From Enoplolaimus lenunculus (taxonomy: Eukaryota): a stretch of 64,000 nucleotides of DNA. Below the pieces are notes generated by a model. The model saw nothing but the letters and a program-made list of their open reading frames with translations, did no database searches and was not told the DNA's origin. Position 1 is the first letter of the stretch, and each line of letters begins with the position of its first letter. The position numbers were made by a program, and so were the translations under genes. This document shows positions 56,265 through 64,000 of this stretch, piece by piece. The stretch is from NCBI GenBank assembly GCA_030248215.1, contig JASANG010000621.1:124001-188000 (forward strand), read 5' to 3'.

Positions 56265-58007
56265 ATGAAATACTGCTTGTTACTTTTTGTGGGAATTGCT
56301 GGAAGTTTTGGCATTGTGACAGGTAATTGTTTATTTTGGAATTGCAGTATTGGAGTAGCTGAGGGCATTTATAGTGAAAGCAGAGTACTAAATCAAAAAG
56401 AAGATTTTATAGAGAATATGCAGTTGTGAAACACATTTTGCAGATATCAAAAGATTTGCATGAACGCAACCTTTGAGGGATACTTTTGTGAAATATTGTC
56501 AAAACTGTTGGTTTAGACATTTTTTAAGACATCTGAACAATTAACTCCTCGAAAATGCCTCAAAACTCAAAACCACACGCTCAGAACGACCGATTTCTAT
56601 AAAACTGTAGAAGGTTTTCGTTCCCAAATTGCCGAAACCTCCGGCAAAAAATTTACCGAAGCCGATGGCTGATTTTCTGTAGAAGCCGGAGGTAAACTTC
56701 TGCTTATGTACCCTACTAAATTACTGTAGCAAAAATTTGCTTTATTTCTACATCCTCCAATAGATTCCGTTTGCTTTTCAGTTGCTATTCTGGTGATCAA
56801 TAACGTTGTCTGAAGACGAAGACGTTTCATGTTTACAGCGCGACAAATAAAAATTTGTTGAGAACACGCTGTAATAGACAATTTTTGGCCATTTTTTATA
56901 TTTTGTTGTACAAAGAGAAAAATGATTTAATTTCTTTTGTTTTGAAATCAAAATTTTATGTTATCACACGACGGATTATCGGACACTGAGACCGATTTTT
57001 ACAAGAAACCAATATTGGATTTATGCTCTGCTTGCTTGCGTAATTAGAAGTCTTCAAGTTTTAATTTGTAAATATTTTTTCAGGACTGGATCAAACATGT
57101 CCAGCTGGGCGACGACCATATTCAACCAGTGCCGGAACATGCGGTCATTTCTACAATAAATGCCCGGACTCGTACGAGTGTATGGACTCTGGCATTTGTT
57201 GTGGGCCACAAGGATCTGCAAGTAAAAATTAAATGTATAATTTAAATAATTTAAACATTGGCGTTTTTGAAGGTGTTGTATTGTGCACATGTAATGAAGG
57301 AGTTACAATTTTCGTTCAGAGAAAGATACTATTACTTTTTGAAACAGTTTACTGCGTTGCAAGGAAACACGTCAAAACCTTTTGGTGCAAAATTTGCAAC
57401 GTATGATTTAACCCTTTCTTCTAAAGAATATCTCCATTTCGTCGAATATATAGATTACTGTCGCAGAGGCTGTTCCATCTTGCTAAGACTAAAGATATCG
57501 TATTGTATATCCTTGTAATAATTCTTAAGCATTGCGCATTGTGCATTATAACGCGTGCACAGTTTGCTCTGAGTTACTGATAGACTATTCGGTAATGGTT
57601 CATTATGTATATTTCAGATGCAATCACAACGCCAGAGTACAGCCGCTATAGCACTCCACGTCCTGGAAACGTTAACAATGATTTAGATTCATGGGAAAAC
57701 GAATTCGGAGATCATGAAGATGATTATGACAATAATTGGAACAATAATAATAACAACGATAATAACAATGATAATTGGAACAATAATAATAACAACGATA
57801 ATAACAATGATAATTGGAACAATAATAACAATAACAACAATAATAGGAATAATAATAATAATAACAACAATAATGTTCCTTGTGAAGATACATCATCAAA
57901 TTGTTTTTGGCGACAGACATTCGGACGCTGCAATAGTGATAATGCGAAACGAAAATGCAAGAAAACATGTGGACACTGTCCAACAGATAATAATAATAAT
58001 AATAATC

Positions 58008-58038
<31 letters not shown>

Positions 58039-59214
58039 TTATGATAATACAGATAATTGGAATAATAATAACAATAACAATAACAACAACAATAATAACA
58101 ATAATAATTGGAATATTAATAACAATAATAACGGTAAGATAACGTTATATGAAGGGCAGCAACTTTGCGGGATTCATATAAAAACCATATATTATAGCAA
58201 TGTCAGGCTTGGTTTTTTGACTATCGAAATGAGCTTTTCTATCTAACGTAACTTAGCCGTTTAAAATTTTCCACAGCTTTACAAGCACTTCGTCTAAAAC
58301 GTGAGTTTGCAGACTTTTATTGTGGCGTTCAAAAGTTACAAATCTGTTATATACAATTCAGAATGTGCAAATAGGCGTTCGATAGGAACATTAAAGTGTA
58401 TACTTCTTCCACAATTATAATGGGTCATTCACGTAATACTGTCTACGCTACTGTAAAAAATTGTCCGCGCATACCTGGTTTTAAGGGCGAGACAAAACGA
58501 CAATCTCCTTAAGCTATAAGGACGTCACAGAAGGTGTAATTAGCTAGTGGGATTTGGCAGCAGGTCCTTCGAAGGGAAAAAGGACAATGTAGGTACAGTC
58601 TGGACACAGTCTCTGACGATACGAGTTCCTTCGAACAGACCCTGTATAATTGCAAAGCAAAGTTCCTTTCGACAAACTTTGTGTTATGAAATAAGCCGAG
58701 TCCCTCCTGACCGACTCTGGACAAAACAGTTGTCCTTAAAATAACGTATTGACAATTTAGCATGGGTATGGACGGCAACGTGACCACGCATAGAACGTTT
58801 TGAAAGAGTGCGAGTTGTCAACAGGGTCTACACAGGATATGAGTGATATTTGGGCGTGTAATTTGGAAACAATAAAACTACAAACTTAGGGGCTCGTACG
58901 TGGGGACAATTTTTTACAGTAGCGTAGACAGTAAGCGTGGATAACCCATAATTGCGTACACCATGTAAAATTGTTCTCAGAAATGGATTTTATGTAAACT
59001 TCAGAACCGTGCGAAGACAAATCGTGGAAATGCTTTTGGCGTCCAAGTGTCGGTCGATGCAACAGCGCAAATGCTATTCGATACTGCAAAAAGACGTGTG
59101 GCCATTGTCCTGGACAACGGCAAAACGATAACAATAACAACAACAACAACGATGGCCTTGGAGGATTCGGACCAGGCGGACCAGAAGGAAATTTTATCAA
59201 ACCTGAAGGCAGAG
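56265..59214 (+). CDS. Secreted ShKT-domain protein with poly-Asn linkers (3' end uncertain)
   Basis: Exon 56265-56322 encodes signal peptide MKYCLLLFVGIAGSFGIVT. Exon 57618-58133 has poly-N plus CEDTSSNCFWRQTFGRCNSDNAKRKCKKTCGHC. Exon 59005-59214 has CEDKSWKCFWRPSVGRCNSANAIRYCKKTCGHC. All junctions are phase 1. Read-through stop at 59226-59228 if the donor at 59215 is unused. Confidence 0.85.
57725..58132 (+). repeat. Coding (AAT/AAC)n microsatellite, including a 39-nt tandem unit (DNWNNNNNNDNNN)
   Basis: aattggaacaataataataacaacgataataacaatgat repeated; poly-Asn in frame. Confidence 0.9.
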
Positions 59215-59280
59215 GTAGGTTATTTTGAAGTGTAAGCTCTGGTTCACAAAAATGTATCCTTCTTGAACCCTGAAAAACTG

Positions 59281-59478
59281 GGCCAATGTATAGATCCAGA
59301 CCTTAAGACTAAAGAGTAGTATAAGCATATTCTTGTCTAAGCATATGAATAAATTAGTAAGCCTAAGCCTAAGCGTAACAATAAGTCTATACCTGAACCT
59401 AAACAAAAATTGGCCTAAGCTTAAGTTTACTTTATTACAGTCCCGCGAAAAATGGTTAGGCATTGACCTATACATGGA
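59281..59478 (+). mobile_element. Telomeric-repeat MITE copy in/after the ShKT gene
   Basis: ggccaatgtatagatc ... acctatacatgg; internal taagcctaagcctaagc; no clear TSD. Confidence 0.7.
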
Positions 59479-59491
59479 AATAAGCGCAATA

Positions 59492-59711
59492 TTGTAGTGA
59501 CCAGAATAAGAGGAGGACTGATATTTATTTGGCCTCTTCAGAGGGTACTCCACCTGTCATTCGGTTACGGACTGTTATTTATTTTTAACCCGGCCTTCGT
59601 TACTGATTATATATATTCGGTATTGCAAGCATTCGTTAAATTAAACGTTTGTTTTGTATCAAAACCTTGAGCGGTAATGCAGGGTTATACTTAAGAATGT
59701 ACTTTCAAAAC
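59492..59711 (+). mobile_element. Tc1/mariner-type MITE copy (truncated)
   Basis: TA|ttgtagtgaccagaataagaggagg and internal similarity to the 27221/41079 copies. Confidence 0.7.
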
Positions 59712-60074
59712 TAATCATGCAGTTCCTAAGCCTAAGCCTAAGCCTCAGCCTGAGCAAAAATATGTAATCTAGAATCTAAACCTATTCTTTTAGACCCACC
59801 GGAAACCTGGACACCCCTTAAAGTAACATGGGTAAGCAAAAAATGTAATCTAGAAACTAAACCTACTTCTTTATAGACCGACCGGAAACCTGGACGCCCC
59901 TTCTAAAAGTAACATGGCCTTAACTATAAAGCCCTGGAAAAGAAGCGTAAGCCTAAAGCCTACGAGTAAACCTAAACATAAGCCTAAGTGCAAGCGGGAA
60001 TCTGCCAACGTCCACGTCCCCAGTATAACAGTCTCTTAGTGTGAAGGCCTTTGTAATCAATATGAACTTAGGAG

Positions 60075-60286
60075 TGGTATTCTCAAATGTGTGCAGCGCC
60101 TAACACCAATAGTAGTAGGTTTTCAAGCAAACTGAAGCAGCTACAAGTGTCAAACTCGGCTGACTTGTAGGACCAATGAAATGCAAAAAATTTGCCAAAT
60201 TTTGAACGTCTTCATTGGCTTGTTCGAAATTTTCAGTACATATTTCCAACTGTTGATAGATGCTACACACAACTGAGAATACGGGC
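60075..60286. mobile_element. Second copy of the 6774-6993 MITE
   Basis: gtattctcaaatgtgtgcagcgcctaacacca ... gatagatgctacacacaactgagaatacgggc. Confidence 0.65.
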
Positions 60287-63200
60287 ACAAATGCCTGACT
60301 GCGCTACTGTTGCCCACAGAAACTCTATTTAGGATGTGTTCGGCCATGCCTGCGTCAATTTATGGACGCTGTCAAATCGTTCAATCCAGGGAAAATTTGT
60401 CACGCTTTTCGTCAAGTAGAATGGTGTGTGAATGAATGTCCGAAAGGATGGCTTGCGATGAAAGTGCTCGGACCACAGATTAAAGCGCTTGAAGGCAAAG
60501 TAGCAGCGTTTTGTTAAAATATTGCTTAAACTTGGTCATTACAGTGTAATAAAATATAAAAAGTGAATTGTGCAAAAGAAAACAAAAAACAAACACGTGC
60601 AAATTGAATGTGCAAATCCGGTTCCAAACAGCTTTCAAATTCTTGCAGCTGCAAATAATTCACCGGAAGACATGGCATTCAATTTAAATTCAGAAGTGTG
60701 ACCGCTGTTGCCAGTTGATTGAATTAGTTGCACCTGCATCCAACCAGAAACCATGTTGTAAAGCGCGTTGAAATAATTCAGGCTTTTTGAATTTATTAAA
60801 CGACGTCGAATTAATTCCAATATCAAACTTCTCTGATCTTTTTCAGTCCACGGCTATGGCCAATGTTACGTTTAAAGTCCATCCCATGTCCCGGGACCAG
60901 CAATGTACCAGTCGTACACTCAGCAAATATAATTGGGACAGTGATGACAGTTGGGATATATATTTTGATATGCATGTAAAAAGTTGATGATTTATAGTTT
61001 CAAGACCCAAATCACAACTTAGTTTTAGTTATCTCTCGGTGTCACGTTAACAGCTCTAATTCAGTGACGCGGCCGGTGGAATATTTACTACCCCACCCAA
61101 TACCAGAAATAATACCGAAATATAACACAATTACGACAAACATGTATACGTTGTCCTAATTTCGGTAGCGTGATCCGAAATTCCCTGTGAAAACCGTGCC
61201 TAAATTTTGGTTAAATTCCCCCACTGGCTTACAATATTCCAAAAATTCTACACTGTCAAACTAACCCCGTTAGAATGGCTATCTTCTGTTTAGCAATACT
61301 GAAACTAACCCTGACTAGACTTCCCCCCAAACTATTAGATTTCCCATTTTCAAATAATCCCACAAAGCCCCAGTATTAGATACTGTGCAGTGCAATCCTG
61401 CGCTATGCTCAACCCCAGAACAAAACAATCCCTCTTGGTTTGCTTCCTGTCAACACGCAATGTAAACCTTTGAAACTACTCCAAAAATAATCGCCGAAAT
61501 TTCCACAAAATCAACTATAACACTGACTCCGGTCCTGGCTAAACTTTCTAAGTGTTTCTACATAATTTGCGTACCGTGACCGAATCCATGTGTGTGGGAA
61601 TTCCGCCTCGGCTGTACAAAACAGGCCGAAACACCAAGAAACAAAAACAATATTTAACAACAACAATAACCACTCAGCAATCTATGACGTGGTACTGACA
61701 TAGCATAGCAATGTCCTTTCGCACCCTGAGCCACACAATAATATAATCTGTTATTTACAAATACCACACATAGTCCATATAAGTTGTACATTGCGGCACG
61801 GCCGCCACAACCTTGATTTTATGCCTTTTACGCATCTAAGCAACGGGTGAGTCTAACTTAAGTTCTAAGAGAGACTAGATGGAGCCAGGAACTCCGTTAA
61901 GGTGTGGTTTAAGGCCGATTTGAATTCGAATTCCGATTCAAATCTAGATTGGCTTCGGTTCCGATTTCGCTTGCAAGCATAATCAGAAATCGAACTGTAA
62001 TGTTTCATCGTTTCTTAATCAGAAATAGAATTGTAATTTCTCATCGTTTATAAACAACTGTAGTTGAGATTTTGAATTTGGTGTGTATAAAAAATTAAAA
62101 TACGTTTTAAATATGTGACGTGAAAATATCTGGAATTTTAAACTACTAATCTCTAAAATTCAAAACATTCCATTGTGGAAACGTTAGTAAAGACTGTAAA
62201 AGATTATTCAAAACTTAGGAATAGAGTCTTGAAATTTAAAGACAATTTTTGCGCACAGGATTATAGGTTTCAGTAATCTGTTGCCGCTACATACACTGCA
62301 CTATCGTACGTACATATATGTAACAATTGATTAAGCCCTAGAAAGCCTTTTATACAAAAAATTACGGTTCAGTAAAAAACTATGCATCTTAGTGATAATC
62401 CTGAAACGAAATTAGCGCTATATGTTTCAGCAGGCCATAATATCCAGCACTCAGTGCGTAGCCGTTAGGGAGATGGGCAGACAGTTCTCAGCCACTCCTG
62501 AAAAATTTCTGGTTCCTCTAGAAATATTTCAACTTTGTTTGTATATCATGGGAAACCACTGTATGCTGGTGATCAAATTTTAACACTCTTATCAAGCTGA
62601 GCTGGCTTACATTCTTCCTGAATGAAAGGTTTTAAAAGAAACGTCTACACGTGAAACATATAAGCCCTGGCTCTGGTTAAACTTTACAAGTAAGAATTTT
62701 ATTGCGAGGCACCAACCTGCCTTATATTTTTAAGGGGTGGGTACCAAAATATATTTGTGTATATATCGTTGAAATGCAAAAACATTAATTTGATGTTTGC
62801 GTTTATTATTTTTTCTGTGGATGACAAAATTTTTATTTTTATGCCCGTGTTCAAGTAGAGTCGTGTATTTGAATCAGGGAGAAGAGCTAGCCTATCCCAA
62901 CAAAGTCACAGATATGACTGTTTGTGTTTGTTTAGGCTTGGCTTGGGTTTAGTCTTTGCATATATTTACGCTGAGATTTGGGTTATGTTTAAATCGGGCC
63001 AAGCTCTGAGGTGTCCGCCTAGGTTTGGCTTAGATTCACGTATTGCAATCATCGATATTTTGTTGTTTGCAGTGCCGTGATCATACCCCTGCCACCATTG
63101 TCAAGGCCGAGCAGTTTGAGGCCCGGTGCAAAACCAATCTATCATGTGATTTCAAAAAATTTTGCGCCAGGATGTGCCATGAATTGCCAGGAGCCCTTTT

Positions 63201-64000
63201 CACAAAAAAAGTTCGGGCACTTTAGTGGTGACAAATTAAGAGTCTTGCAAGTGAAGTGAGCAAGAAGCCGAACGCAAATTTAATATTAGTTTCCAGAGTA
63301 AAACTTTGGTTCGGTTGGATTCTGTGACGGATCCGATGCCCATTGCCTAGAAGTGCCGTTAGCTCTGCAAAACCTCTCAAGAATAAAAAATCTATTAATT
63401 TCGTTGATACAGTTAGTACGACTGCTATTTGTGTTTCGTGAAGAAATTTCGCTTGCAAAGCGACCCAGAAACCAGGGCCATTTTCTGTAGTCAAACTTCT
63501 CAAAAGTTTATTTTTGGTTCCAGTTGAACTTTTAAATTTATTTTACGTTCAAACGCCATGATCTTTCCTGGCCCGGCCCTCTCACCAAGGGTGTTGTCGG
63601 AGGACGAAATGTCCGGCTCTGATGTTGAGCCTTCGACTCAATTCAGGTTATGTATTCTTTTATTCATCTTATTTAACTTCTTGCTCGCTTCACCTGTGAA
63701 TTTGTCGCAAATATATATTGCGCATTCCGTATATGTGAGACCTATATTTTTGGATAAGCTGCTGAGCGCCTACCTGATTGATAAATTACACGGAGGTTCC
63801 GTCTCTCAGACGAGTTTTTGGTTTGAGATACCCTAGCCACGGCCTTCGGAACCTGTTCTATACATGGCCCGCTGATGTGTATCTTCATAAACTCTGTTAC
63901 GTTAATTTTTTCCCGATGAGTGTGTACGCATTTTCAAAATACCTGAATCACATTTTTGCCGTGGATAAAACCAGTTTTGTACGCCGCCACATTTGAACCG

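Noticed and set aside
57672..58142. Poly-Ile, poly-Leu and Tyr/Cys ORFs
   Set aside because: Alternative frames or strands of the poly-Asn microsatellite in the ShKT exon.

Overview
Eukaryotic, AT-rich, intron-rich animal DNA. It is most likely a nematode, judged from TTTCAG-type splice acceptors and many GCCTAA/TTAGGC telomere-type hexamers; the species cannot be determined. Gene models were built by hand from GT-AG sites: the 3' end of a MAST-family kinase (+, PDZ exon plus last exon), a bestrophin anion channel (-), a type II membrane DxD (GT32/Caps_synth-like) glycosyltransferase (-), a probable DPM2-like small membrane protein (-), a complete 13-exon SRP54 (-), and a secreted poly-Asn/ShKT protein (+). 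Introns and intergenic DNA are full of non-autonomous DNA transposons. The main discovery is in the bestrophin gene. It has two tandem 219-nt paralogous exons (2a/2b) that swap the cytosolic aperture region. Between them lies an inverted intronic element able to base-pair about 20-21 nt across the 3' splice site of either exon, a candidate two-way RNA splicing toggle. The gene also has two paralogous alternative last exons and an array of decayed exon-end copies. A second notable item is a MITE family (GG-starting TIRs, 8-bp TSDs) that carries telomeric repeats internally.
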